The notes beneath the pieces are model-generated. The model did not search any database. It was not told where the DNA came from and worked only from the letters and a program-made list of their open reading frames with translations. Both the position numbers and the translations under genes were made by a program. Positions 39,151-50,966 of a DNA stretch of 64,000 nucleotides are shown in pieces. The stretch is from Diplonema japonicum (lineage: Eukaryota; Protista; Euglenozoa: Diplonemea), in NCBI GenBank assembly GCA_964019335.1, contig OZ025674.1, positions 496,001 to 560,000 on the forward strand, in the 5' to 3' direction. How positions within the stretch are numbered: the stretch's first letter is position 1; every line of letters starts with the position of its first letter.

Positions 39151-40681
39151 ATGATGGCTCAGTATGCCGGCTACATGCCCACGTCACCAGTGCATTCGTA
39201 CCATAGTCACCCAACGCAGGCAGGGGCTCCTGTGAGCCCACGGCATGGATACTACGGGCAGGGAGGGGGCATGGCGGGCATGGCAACGCAGAACGGGTTC
39301 GAGTCACAGCTTGCAAAGATCGTGACGATTGTATCAGGGGAGACCGGGGAGGAGCAGAACTTCAGGCTGTGTGCGGGGGAGAGTGGAGAGAACGTCAGGG
39401 CGGCCATCACAGGTGCCTTCGGTCTGCCCCCCTCGGAGACCTTCTCCATCCGCGATGCTACAGGTTGCAACATCATCATCGGCTTCCCTTCTGTCGTCGA
39501 CAGTGGGCGGTACGAGCTAGTGAAGCGCAGCACCACAGCAGGCTTTCCTCACGTCCCGCAGGCCCAGTCCATTGCGCAGCCTGTAGCACACTCACCCATT
39601 ATCCACCAGCCTCTTCCTCCCATGCCCGTGATGCCTTCTAGCCCGCACACCTCCTACCAGCAGGCCGTGCAGCCCACCATCAGCCACTCACTGCAGCAGG
39701 TTCATCACATCCAACAAGACCTTCCCCTCCCTGCCACGCTCCCCTTCACCCCACTCAAGACCTACCAGGAGGTCGTCACGACAAGGCCGCCGTCTAAAGA
39801 GTTCACAGTGGGCACGCGGAACAAAAAGCACCATCAGGGCGCGCCTATGGGGGGTGCCTTTAAGACGCTTTGCATAGGGATAAACTACACGGGGCAGAAG
39901 GAGGCGCTCTCGAGCCCGGTGAGCGACGTGCAGGCAATGCGGGGGTACTTGGGGGAGGCGGGGTTCCACGGGCAGCAGCTGGTGTTGACGGACGAGAGCC
40001 AGACGGACCCGGCGCACATCCCGACGAAGGAAAACATCATGAGGGGGTTGAGGTGGCTGTGCCAAGGGGCCAAGGCAGGGGATGCGCTGGTGCTGCACTT
40101 CGCAGGGCATGGCGTCGAGGTGCGGGATGAGAAGGACGATGACAAGTACGACGAAGCAGTCCTGCCTGTGGACTTCAGGTCGACACGGCCGTTCCAGGTG
40201 CTCAAGAGCGAGGAGATCACACACATCCTGACTACGTCCCTCCCGCATGGGTGCAAGCTGCTGATTGTCGCAGACTGCGCACATTCCGGTGGGCTGGTCA
40301 GTCTGCCTTACTCTCTAACAGCACGCAAGGACGGCAACCTCGAATGGAAGGAGAAGGCAGGCTGCCCTGAACCCGCCCCAGAGATCATCCAAATCTCCGG
40401 CTGTCGCAACGACCAGACCACTGACTCTGCCGTCAACGCCCTGACCCCTGCCTTCATACAGGCTATGGCTCGTGATACCAACCCTTCCTGCGAGGCGCTC
40501 ATTATCGAGATTCGGAACAATTTATACCAGAGGTCTGGCGTTGGTTACCAGGTCCCCCAGATATCCTCTAGCAAGCGGTTCGCGTTTACTGATGTATGTA
40601 GAAAAAGAATTATAAGAAATGTAATAAAATCGTTCTTTTTTTTTTTTTTTGCAGAGGTTCTACTTAAGTATCGATCCCTAG
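39151..40681 (+). CDS. Type I metacaspase-like protein with Pro/Gln-rich N-terminus, catalytic Cys apparently replaced (intron 40594-40654)
   Basis: Motifs LCIGINY, PTKENI..L.WL, HFAGHG, DEAVLPVDF, DCAHSG and ISGCRNDQT. Confidence 0.9.
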
Positions 40682-41764
40682 AATAGGAGAATAGAAAGTA
40701 TCTGATTTTTCTGTACAGAGAAGAAAGAAGAAGAAAAGGTCGTTCGTTAAAACTTCTTTTTTTATGGGGGGGGGAAATGCCGAACTAAAATCGGTATCCC
40801 CTCTGGCCCGAGGCTAAATACCTGATGGCGAGGAAAGCATTTCCCCCCCCCCCCCCCCGGGGAAATATGAATATTGCTTTGAAATTCTCTCTTCCCCCCC
40901 CCCCGTTTTTTTAGGGTTAGAATTATCAAGCGAGCAAAAACCCCCGCGGGGGTGTCACTGACGTGGGTGCGATACCCGACTTACAATAGTTGAAGAAGCA
41001 ATGAGTAAGGGAAAGAAAGGGAAAGCAGCCCACAAGACCACAAGAAGGAGAAGCCGCAGTGGATGACAACAATGGGGCTTAAGCTTGCTAAAGAAAAGAT
41101 TTCTTTTTTGTGGGATCTTTTTTTTTTTTGAAAAGAAATTGCCTTTTTCTTCTTTTCTTTTTTTTTTCTTTTTGCTGAACAAGAAAAACCAATATCTTGA
41201 CAAATGAATTGTTAAAAAAGGGTAGTCTACAGGTTAACCCCCCCGGCTGTGCACAAACAGCAATCAACTGACTCTTTTTTTTTTCTTCTTGTTTGAGCTC
41301 ACTTTGTTTCAGGTTTCTTTTTTCTCTCTCTCAAGTATTTCTACCTTTTGAGCCTTTCAGAAAGTATATCCAAGCACAACCCTCCCCATGTGAGTCCGAG
41401 AAATCATTTTCAGGCACCCCTTTTTGCTTGGATGGCAATGTATTTTTTTTTTTCCTTTTACCTTTTTTTTCCTTCATGTTCCAAGACGCTGCATATCCGT
41501 AAGCCGGGTCGAAGGCTCCAGAAAGGGAGTATCAAGAGACAGGAATTTTTTACGCCTCTTAAAATTGTTTATACTTGTCCTCACCTTCCTTCCCGCTGCC
41601 ATCTTTTTTTTTTTTTTTTTTTTTTTTTCCTCCTCGTTCCCATAGATAAAAACCCCCACTTTTTTCTTTTTTTTTTTTGGCTGCCGTGTAATATGTTCAT
41701 TTCATTCTGTTTTTTTTTTGTTTTTCTTCCAGAATTATTTTTCTTCAAAAATAAAAAAATATAA

Positions 41765-42848
41765 CCCCTAAAGGCCCGCGCGGACATTTTTGTCCTTATT
41801 TCAAAATTTGCTTTTTCGCTCAAAATTTGCTTTTTCGCGCAAGTACTTTTTTTTGAACACGGCCCTTGGACTTCAAAATATGACATTGTTGCGCGGTTTA
41901 TTTTGTCTTGAAACTATATTTTGCGTTAAGATTTATGTTTTAATTGAAACCGGCAGGGTTGGCTTAAAATGAAATCAGATGGTCAAAATAGCAGCGAAAA
42001 CGTGAGTCTCCCCCGACTGGTCGATAAAGAAGAAAAAGACGATGAGGCGGTCAAAGAGGGGCCGGAAGTGGACCATGGTCGTTTTTTATTGGGTCCTGGA
42101 AAGCTGTGTTGCCAGCTCCTCCATAATCTGGAAGAAGAGCAGGGAATGTGGCAAAAATTATGGCTTCCCGAGCTTCAAAGAAGAACTTGTTGGCAAGCTT
42201 CTCACCCATGCCCCAAAAACCGATAGCACACACACCCCGACAACACCGTCACCGGCCCCCCAAGCGCAAACACGCTAGCAATGAGGATTCCCTCATCCAG
42301 AAATACCCAAAACGTCTCGATTTGACCCTAAATCACACCTCCGGGACCATGATGAACGGAACGAAGGTGAGGAGGGTGCTCTGTGCTGTTCCTGGGTGCG
42401 GGAAGAAAGTGCAAACGTGGTGCCCCTGTTGCAAAACCCCCTTATGCAAAACGTGTTTTTTACCCTTGCATGCTACCCCAGCTGGAAAAAAAACTCACAA
42501 GTTGCTTTTTTCATCCCACAGCCCCAAAAAGTCTCCAGACTGACCTCAATCCTAGAGTTCAGGGCACCAAATAGGGCTGAATGCTGCCCTTTTTACCCCA
42601 GCCATAACTCCACGGACCCCCCACGACAAGACCCCCCAAAATCGGACATAAAAAGTACACCCTCAACCCCCCTCATACACACATAGTTTAGTGTTCCCAT
42701 CTGAATCTGGCACCTGGAATTGAAAATTTTAGTACCGTTTACCCTTTCCTTGCACCTTCCTATGGTTGCATGCTGCCCTTTTTTTGAGTATTTAAAGCAA
42801 CAACGAAAATGGGGGGGTACCGTAGATAGGCTCCGGGCCTTTAGGGGA
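41765..42848 (+). mobile_element. Internally deleted piggyBac element
   Basis: TIR CCCCTAAAGGCCCG / CGGGCCTTTAGGGG, flanked by ATAA and TTAA. Remnants: RKWTMVVFYWVLESCVASSSIIW..FKEELVGKLL and Cys-rich CAVPGC..TWCPCCKTPLCKTCFLPLH. Confidence 0.85.
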
Positions 42849-42887
42849 TTAAAAAAAAAAAAAAAAAAAAAACCAGGGAGCACGGTG

Positions 42888-44605
42888 ATGAGCGAAAGCT
42901 CCAGCAGCGAAGATGCCAGGCACCATGGAACAGTGTCGCCGTATTTGCAGGTGATGGGTGAGAGGTACAAGGAACAGGCGTTTCCAGGTTTAGCATCATT
43001 GAAATTCGTGATTGTGGCAATGGAGTTCCTGCTGGCCATCCTGGTGATGCTGCAGGTGGCCATCGTAAGCAGCCCCGAGTACGTGTTCCACGCCAAGATG
43101 ATGGACACTGTGAGCAACGTGTTCATCGGGAACCTCCCAGGGACCCAACTGCAAGGCTGGGACCACTCCAACAAGATACGAATGTACGGCGAAAAGCAAG
43201 TAGAGCTCCAGCTGCGGTACCTGCACAGAGTGTACTACCACCTGAACTACTCCTTCCCCGTGTCGCTGCCCATCGACTCAAATCTCACCATGAAGATCGA
43301 CATGCTTCAGCACACCTCTTTCAAGGACCTCACCCCTGCCAACCTTAACGATTTTGACCTCTCTTCTGAAGAGGTTACCTTTATAATCCCCGAAACGTGC
43401 CCACTAGGGCCGTACGACCCAACCAATTGTTCTGGTGATGCCATCCCCGACCTGTGGTGGCGGACAAAGAACATATATATTGAAATACGCTTCACGAACA
43501 TCCACCTTCGTGGGTGGGAGTTTAGCTACACACCTGCATCCTTGAAGTGGAGGATCAACCTTCACTACGATCTCACGAAGCGGAACACGTACATCCCGCT
43601 CAAGTGGGACCTCAAGCGGGAGAAGTACGCTGACCAGGTGCATGCCACAGCACCCAATGCGGTGTTCAACTTTCTCATCACAGTAGTGTGCGGCGCGCTG
43701 ATCACACTCTTTGTGATCGACGCCACAAGGTACATGACGGTGAAGGAGGCCTTCAAGGAACACTGGAAGATCCTTGAGATCTTAAGCGTTGTCCTCAACA
43801 CTGTGAACTGCATGATATCCTTGTACACAACGTCCATAACCGGCGAGGCGGGGTGGACCCTCGAGGTGTCCCGGCAGCTCATTGCTGCGTTTGCTTGCTT
43901 CTTCGCATGGTTCGTGTTGACTAAGCCGCTGTCCCAGCTTCCAGGAATGAATGGGATCATGACCGTGACCAAGGCAGGGCTTCCGGTTGTTGTCAGGTTT
44001 GGTGTTCCTGTGGCCATCATCTTCTTGTCGCTAGCGAACTTTGGGACCATCATCTTCGGAGGCTATTACTACCACTTCAACACGCTGGACCTTTCGTTTG
44101 AACTGCTGTACTCTCTCATGGTGGGGGATGCCATCTTCACCACCTTTGGAGAGACGTACAGGACCGCGCAGAACGATTGGGTATTGCCTTTTTAAACAGA
44201 AATGGGGAAAAAAAAATAACAAAACCAGGGAATGTTCATCTCGCGTGTGTACTGCTACGTGGCGGTGCTGTTTATGTACTACATTGTGCTGAACCAGTTC
44301 TTCGCAGTCATGGAGGATGCTTATGTCAGTGCCAACCAAGGCACTGAAAAGGTATGGGAAAGAGAAAGGAAGGTTTTCTTTTTTTATACATTTTGCAGTT
44401 GGACGAAAAAGATGGCATGTCTCAGTACACGAGGGACAGCAGGTCCCCTTCCCCCGCCTCCAGCATCATGACCATGGAGGTCGGGTATCTAAAGCCTGAG
44501 GTCGGGTGCCTGAAGCCCGCTGGTGACCTGTCCGTGTCGTTCAACGACGCGCACCGTGAGACCATGCGGCAACGGACCGTGCGGGCCTACTCCATAGCTG
44601 AATGA
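42888..44605 (+). CDS. Mucolipin/TRPML-like cation channel (about 540 aa; introns 44181-44228, 44352-44398)
   Basis: Large luminal loop after TM1, pore ELLYSLMVGDAIFTTF, and S6 SRVYCY..YIVLNQFFAVMEDAY. Confidence 0.85.
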
Positions 44606-44688
44606 AAAGATTCTTTTTTTTTTATTCATTTTTTTTTAAAACGCTCTCATCTTTCCTGCTGTCATTCGTAACCTTTGTGTCTGTTGTT

Positions 44689-44874
44689 TTTTTGTTTTTG
44701 TTTTTGTTTTTGTTTTTGTTTTTGTTTTTGTTTTTGTTTTTGTTTTTGTTTTTGTTTTTGTTTTTGTTTTTGTTTTTGTTTTTGTTTTTGTTTTTGTTTT
44801 TGTTTTTGTTTTTGTTTTTGTTTTTGTTTTTGTTTTTGTTTTTGTTTTTGTTTTTGTTTTTGTTTTTGTTTTTG
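44689..44874. repeat. (TTTTTG)31 perfect microsatellite
   Basis: 186 bp of uninterrupted hexamer. Confidence 0.95.
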
Positions 44875-45309
44875 TTTGTTCTCTTTTTTTTATTAGCATC
44901 GACACCTTGCTCGATGTATCGGCCCCCCTGTAGAGGAAACAAGGAGGAAGCCTACGCAAAGCATTCTTACCTACCTCTTACCTGGAACTGGCACTGGGCT
45001 GTGGCACGGAATGGCCTAGGCGGATTCCTAGAGCGAACCAGCTGTGGAGTAACACGAGGGCCCTTTTGTGGTGCGGAGTCGTGCAGCCCTTACGAAGGAG
45101 GTCACACTGAAATGAGCTAGATTCCACCTAAGGGGTCCCTGTGTGGGTTATCCTTAAACGTTGTGTTTTATTTCGCTTTTTTTTACGTTGCTTTGCTGGT
45201 GATGGACGCACCACCGGGTACTGGGTGCTTAAGGAGGTTCAGTTTAGTTTTTCTTTTCTTTTTCCTTCTTGCACCAGATGTCTGCTTAGCCACAACAGGT
45301 ATATACAAC

Positions 45310-48300
45310 ATGTCCAACACCTTCACCATCCGTTCGAAGCAAGAAAGGGACAGGCTGCAGGAGAACGCAAAGCCTGTAGTGAGGAACGAGCTTGGACCTC
45401 TTGGCGATGCTGAGGTAGAATGGTTCTGCGGGAACCTGGGTCTGTCGCGCAGGTACTTCGCCTCTGTGGATGCCGAGAGTGTCGCTAAGCACACTATGCT
45501 ACTCTTCGCGGCCAAATTCCGTGCGCGTGTTGCTGACCGCAAGTTCGGGCTTGACATATCTGACGAAGGCACCGACAGGGCCATTTACATCTGCCCGTCG
45601 AAGGACACCACCGACCCTAAGATCGCTCAGGAGTCTGCCTCTGCCGGAGTTGAGAAGCGCATAGAGGCTGCCTACCTCAACGAGGCTTGGCACGCCACCC
45701 AGACCGACTTGAACGCCGGCCAGTCCGCCGAGGCAAGCAAGGCAGGCCAGCACCAGGCCAAGGGCGGCTCTGAGGTCCCCTGCGAGGGCTACGTCGTGGA
45801 AGCCTTCCGCTCCTCTGGTGAGGTTGCCAGGACGGTCCCCATCAGGCTCAGGCTCTTCGTGGTCCAGAGGCCCAACTATGCGAACGCTGCTGGTGAAACT
45901 GGCCTCAAAGCACTTGCCTGCACTCAGTTCTTGAACTTCATCTCGCCCAAGTTCTTCCCTGAGTACGAGAAGCTTCTCTCACGTGCAGAGTCCAGCAATG
46001 GATGCGTCGTGACCTCGACCATTCCCTCCGAGGAAGACTGGTCCGAGCACTCTATGCACAACGAGGAGCACGACGTTGTCATGCGCACCGCGCACAAGAG
46101 GGGGACCACCCACTCCTTCTACAGCTCCTCCAGCCAGCTGTACCGCATGCATGGCTTCAGGTCGCGTGTGAAGGCCATGTGGCCCTTCAAGAACCACATC
46201 GACATCCAGACTGTGTGGTTGTCCCCCATGGAGCCCATTTCCTACAAAGAGCTGCAGAAGAGGGTCGAGTCCCTGAAGCTCCATCTGTCGCTGTCGTACA
46301 TTCTGCCCCGCTCCCCGTTCACATCCCTTGTTGCCAACAGACAGCTTGGTGCTGGCGAGCACGCCTACGCCTATTGTGCCCTTGTCTTCGCGCACCACTT
46401 CCTGACCTTGAAGCCCAATGAGCAGGACAGCGCCGCCCCTTACAAGGCCGCCCTGTTCCCCGAGATCGACAGCTCGGTCAACCAGAGCAGCAGGATCAAG
46501 ATGAGACTCAGGCAGAACATGCTCACGGAACAAAGGTTGGCAGAGGCAGTCTTGAAGTACCCCGAGATCGTTACGAAGCTGTACAGCGCCTTCGAGCAGC
46601 TGCACGCACCGTGGACCCCTCTTGGCGACAGGTTTGACCAGAAGATCGAAGAAGAGCTCGCCAAGATGATCGTGAGGGCGGTCCCTAATGAGATCAACCA
46701 GCGCGTGCTGCTGTGCTTCCTGACGTTCAACAAGTGGATCCTCAAAACCAACTTCTTCCAGGAGGACAGGAACGTCCTTGCCTTCAGGCTCGACCCCCAC
46801 GTTCTGGACAAGAACGAGTACCCCGTCACACCGTATGGCATCTTCCTGGTGTGCGGGTCTGTCTTCAGGGGCTTCCACATCAGGTTCCGTGACGTTTCCA
46901 GGGGTGGCATCAGGCTGATCAGGTCTGCCAACGAGCAGGTTTACGCCAACAACGTCGCCACGCTTCTGGAGGAGAACTACGCCCTCGCTCACACCCAGCA
47001 GAAGAAGAACAAGGACATCCCCGAGGGCGGCTCGAAGGGCACTATCTTGCTTGCCCCCGACCACCAGGACAAGGGACACGTCGCCTTCGACCAGTACATC
47101 GACGGCATCCTCGATGTCATCCTCCCGGACAAGAGGATGAAGGACTATCTCGGCGAGCAGGAGATCCTGTTCTTCGGTCCCGATGAGGGCACCGCCGACA
47201 AGATGGACAGAGCTGCGCAGCGCGCCAAGCAGAGGGGGTACGCTTTGTGGAAGGCCTCGACCACCGGGAAGAGCATCACCATGGGCGGGATCCCCCACGA
47301 CACCTACGGCATGACCACCAGGAGCGTCCACCAATACGTGCTCGGCTTCTACAGGAAGCTCGAGCTGCAGGAGGGCAACATCAAGAAGTGCCAGACTGGC
47401 GGTCCTGACGGTGACCTGGGCAGCAATGAGATCCTCATCTCGCACGACAAGACATGCTCCATTGTCGACGGGTCTGGTGTGCTTCACGACCCCGAGGGGC
47501 TCAACAGAGAAGAGCTCTCTAGGCTTGCGTCTGCAAGACAGATGGCTTGCCACTTCAACACGAAGCTGCTGTCCGCCGGCGGGTTCTTCGTTGATGTGCG
47601 TGAGGTGGACAGGACGCTGCCCAACGGCAGCCTCGTGCAGTCGGGGCTGCAGTTCAGGAACGGGTTCCACATGGACTCGCGTGCTGCGGCGGATCTGTTC
47701 GTGCCGTGCGGTGGGCGTCCTGAGTCTGTTAATGTGATGAATGTCGAGAAGCTGTTCAGCTCGAAGGGAGAACCGATGTACAAGATCATCGTGGAGGGGG
47801 CCAACTTGTTCTTCACGCAAGGTGCCCGGCACAAGCTGGAAGCAGCGGGTGTGCACCTTGTGAAGGACGCGTCTGCCAACAAGGGTGGTGTCACCTCCTC
47901 GTCCTTGGAGGTGCTGACCGCGCTGGCTCTGGGCGACGAGGAGTTCAAGTCACTTATGACTGCGCCGACAGGAACGAGCCCGGATGACATGCCTTTGTTC
48001 TACAAGACTTACGTGCAGGAGGTGCAGGCGAGGATCGAGGAGAACGCAAGGATGGAATTCGAGTGCCTGTGGGCGGAGTGGAAGAAACACGGCGGCACAG
48101 TGCTGATGTCCAGCCTGACGGACATTGTGTCTCAGAAGATCAACTCGCTCAATGACAGCATACAGCAGTCTGCTCTGTGGGACGACATGGAGTTCAGGAA
48201 CCTGGTCTACAAGAAGTACGTACCGAAGACCCTTCTGGACCACATCGGCCTCGAGCAGCTTACCGCAAGAGTCCCCGAGAGGTATGGGAAGATATTATTT

Positions 48301-48445
48301 AAAAACTAAAAAAAAAAAAAGCTACCTGCGTTCCATCTTCGGGTGCTACATCGCTGCGCACTACATCTACACCAGTGGGCCAAATGCCTCTGAGTTTGAG
48401 TTCTTCAACTTTGTGACAAAGTTCAAGGGTCAGGCGAAGCTGTGA
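45310..48445 (+). CDS. GDH2: Large NAD-specific glutamate dehydrogenase (GDH2 type), about 1031 aa, with C-terminal PTS1 AKL (intron 48282-48321)
   Basis: Motifs FRGFHIRFRDVSRGGIR, KNKDIPEGGSKG, FFGPDEGTA, QTGGPDGDLGSNEI, VEGANLF and DASANKGGVTSSSLEVL. Confidence 0.95.
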
Positions 48446-49768
48446 GAAGAAAAAGTGAATCCAAAAAAAAAAAAAAAAGAAACACGATACATAAAAAAAA
48501 GAACATGAGAAAATTCCCTCCCCTCCCCATGCCCTTTCCCTTCTACCGCTCAGTGATGTCTGTCTTCTTAATCTGCTTTTAGTTGGGAGATGAAAGAAAA
48601 AAAGGAAAAAGAAAAAAGAAAAGAAAAAAAGCGAGACAAGATTAATGAGAATATAATTCGCCTCCCTTTTAGGAAGTCAAAAAAAAAAAGACAAGAAACA
48701 CGTTGCCAACATCCCTTTGTTATTATCTGCCTCAAGAACGGGGGGAAGATTCGCCGAAGGGGCAACAAATTATTTCGAGAAAAAAAAAACGTGTGCAAAA
48801 CAGAAAATAAAAAGAAAACGTTCTTCTTTTTTTTTTTCCCTCCTCCCTTATTTTTTCCCTATTTTCCTCCTGTTTTTTATTTTATTTTTTTCGTTCCCTT
48901 GAAATGGGAAGTACGGCTGACCAGTCAGTCGTTTTTACAGGAATTTAAAACAAGGAAAAGAACTTTTTTACTAAGATTTTGTGGAAAATAGAGAAAATGA
49001 AAAAAAAGAAAAGGAAGACGGGAAAAAGAAAAAGAAAAAGAAAGTAAAAAAGAATTAGGTGCTCCGTAAAGATTAAAAGGAAGAGGGTAAAAAAGAAAAG
49101 TGTTTTTGAGAGGGCCCCTGCCACAGGTTTGCTTTTTTTTATGTTTTTTTCTCCACCTCCAGCTCTCTCTCTCACTCCTGTACACTTCCCCACCCTTTTT
49201 TTTTTCAGGGCGCCACCAGCCCTGACCTTCTTTATCTCTTATATATTCCCCCCCCCCCCCCCTTTCAGGCTCGAATAAGAAAAGAGGAAATAAACGTTTT
49301 CATGGCACAAGAAAAAAGAGAACAGAAACGTATAAAAAGACGCTTTTTTCTTCTTCTTTTTTTTTTCTTTTTTTTTTTTTTTTTACTCTCGCTCAAAAAA
49401 GAAAAAGGAAAAGAAAACAGAAGGTATTCCTTTCATGTCCCGCAGCATCCCCATTAAACCAGTTGCAAAGCGCCCCAAGGGCCCTCTCCTTATCGTCGAA
49501 ACTGCTGTAAATGCATGTTTTGTCCAAAGAGCTGGTGTAAGATCCCTCCCTTGTTCCCCCCCCCCCTTTTTTTTATATTTTCTTTTTATATTTTAGTTTC
49601 TCTTTCTTTATATTTGAAACCTCCCTTTCCTTTCACCCCCCCCTCCCGTCCGCCAATTCTTTTTCCGAGCAATTTTACGAACAAAAAAAGAAAGAGAAAA
49701 GATTTTCTGAAAATCTTTTAATTTTTCCCCGAAGAAAGGGGGGACACCGTTTCTTTATTTGGCCTTTA

Positions 49769-49985
49769 TAGGCCTGTCACATACTGCAGGTTCCCTTCAA
49801 TGACATTTTTGTGATTGTATTTCCTGAGGGGGAAAAGAGACCCAACCTGGCTTAGCGACCTGCACTGGATCTAGCGACCCATGCAGTGGCCATACCAGGC
49901 ATCGAGGTGACTGAGCCCCTCCGCCTTTCTTCCCGGGCAACATTAAGAGATTTACAGTATGTTTTTGTTTATTTTTTTTTTTTAC
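49769..49985 (+). mobile_element. Family A retroposon-like stub followed by a second degenerate stub with a T tail
   Basis: CCTGTCACATACTGCAGGTTCCCTTCAA is shared with 20798 and 24226. The next segment reads DLATHAVAIP and is followed by a T-rich tail. Confidence 0.5.
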
Positions 49986-50139
49986 GTACAAAGAACGAAA
50001 AAAAAAAAAGCCCCCCCACGTTCCTTAAAAAAATCGATTCTTTGAAAGATTTTGTTTTTTTTTCTTGTTTCCTTCCATTTCTCTTGCAAAAGAAAAAGAC
50101 TATCCTGGGGAGAACCACAAAAGGAAAAGGTGAAGAAAA

Positions 50140-50733
50140 ATGCTTGGGAGGCGCAAGCTTCATGTCGATCTTGGAAACAAGAGTTGGCTAGATGTGTACA
50201 AGAATGCGATCTCTGGTGGGGCAACGAGGCTAGAAAATATATGGGAGCTGTGCCCTAAAGAGTACGTAAAAATCAAAATCATGGGAAAGGAAGTGCCTTT
50301 GGCGAGGTATCAGCGAACTTTTGGAAGCGGTGGTTACGCGTTCAGCGGGCAAGTTACTGAGGCTGAGCCCATGCCCTTAGAGGTGGGCCAGATCATGGAC
50401 ATGGTGAACGAAATAGTACAGCCAGAGCATCCTTTCAACATGTGCCTCCTGAACTTCTACAGTGATGGTTCACAGTACTGCGGCTACCACAGTGACGACA
50501 CCCGCCAGCTGCACCCAGGCAGCCCTATTGCGTGCCTCTCGTTGGGCGCCACCAGAAAATTCTCCCTTCAGCCAACCAAAGCCTACCCCTCTTCCGCTCA
50601 CAGCATTCTACTTGATGACGGCGACCTTGTTGTCATGCAGGGTGCCTGCCAAACCACACACAAGCACAGCATCCCCAAGATGGCCCGGGCAAAGGGAAAG
50701 CGTGCGAGCCTTACATTCCGTTGTTTCAAATGA
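50140..50733 (+). CDS. AlkB-family 2OG-Fe(II) dioxygenase (ALKBH2/3-like)
   Basis: Motifs LLNFY.DG..YCGYHSDD (HxD), SLGATRKF, HKHSIPK and RASLTFR. Confidence 0.9.
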   Translation: MLGRRKLHVDLGNKSWLDVYKNAISGGATRLENIWELCPKEYVKIKIMGKEVPLARYQRTFGSGGYAFSGQVTEAEPMPLEVGQIMDMVNEIVQPEHPFNMCLLNFYSDGSQYCGYHSDDTRQLHPGSPIACLSLGATRKFSLQPTKAYPSSAHSILLDDGDLVVMQGACQTTHKHSIPKMARAKGKRASLTFRCFK

Positions 50734-50966
50734 ATACCTTTGCAAAGGGAGGGGGAGGGAAGGTTCTTATCCTACTTACTTCTTCCCGCCCGCTCATTTT
50801 CTTCCCTCTATTCTTCTGACGGTTGCCTTTTTTCCAATCTCTGTTGCCTATTAATGTAGGACACCTCCACTACAAGCTGCTAGAAAAACGTATTCCTGGC
50901 TTTGCCAGATGACGTGTTAAAAATATATTCTTTTTTAGTCATCCTGTTGAGTTACCAACAGTCAAC

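Noticed and set aside
44602-45120. ORFs with FL/NK/TK/CF dipeptide repeats
   Set aside because: They are translations of the (TTTTTG)n microsatellite.
45979-47856. 625-aa minus-strand ORF (and similar shadows at 11805-12917 and 57204-58226)
   Set aside because: These are antisense shadows of GC3-rich genes; long antisense ORFs opposite GDH are a known artefact.
49845-49920. CCTGGCTTAGC...CCAGG...CTGAGC resembling the ingi/L1Tc HDV-like ribozyme signature
   Set aside because: I could not build the nested double pseudoknot. It is better explained as a degenerate retroposon ORF end.
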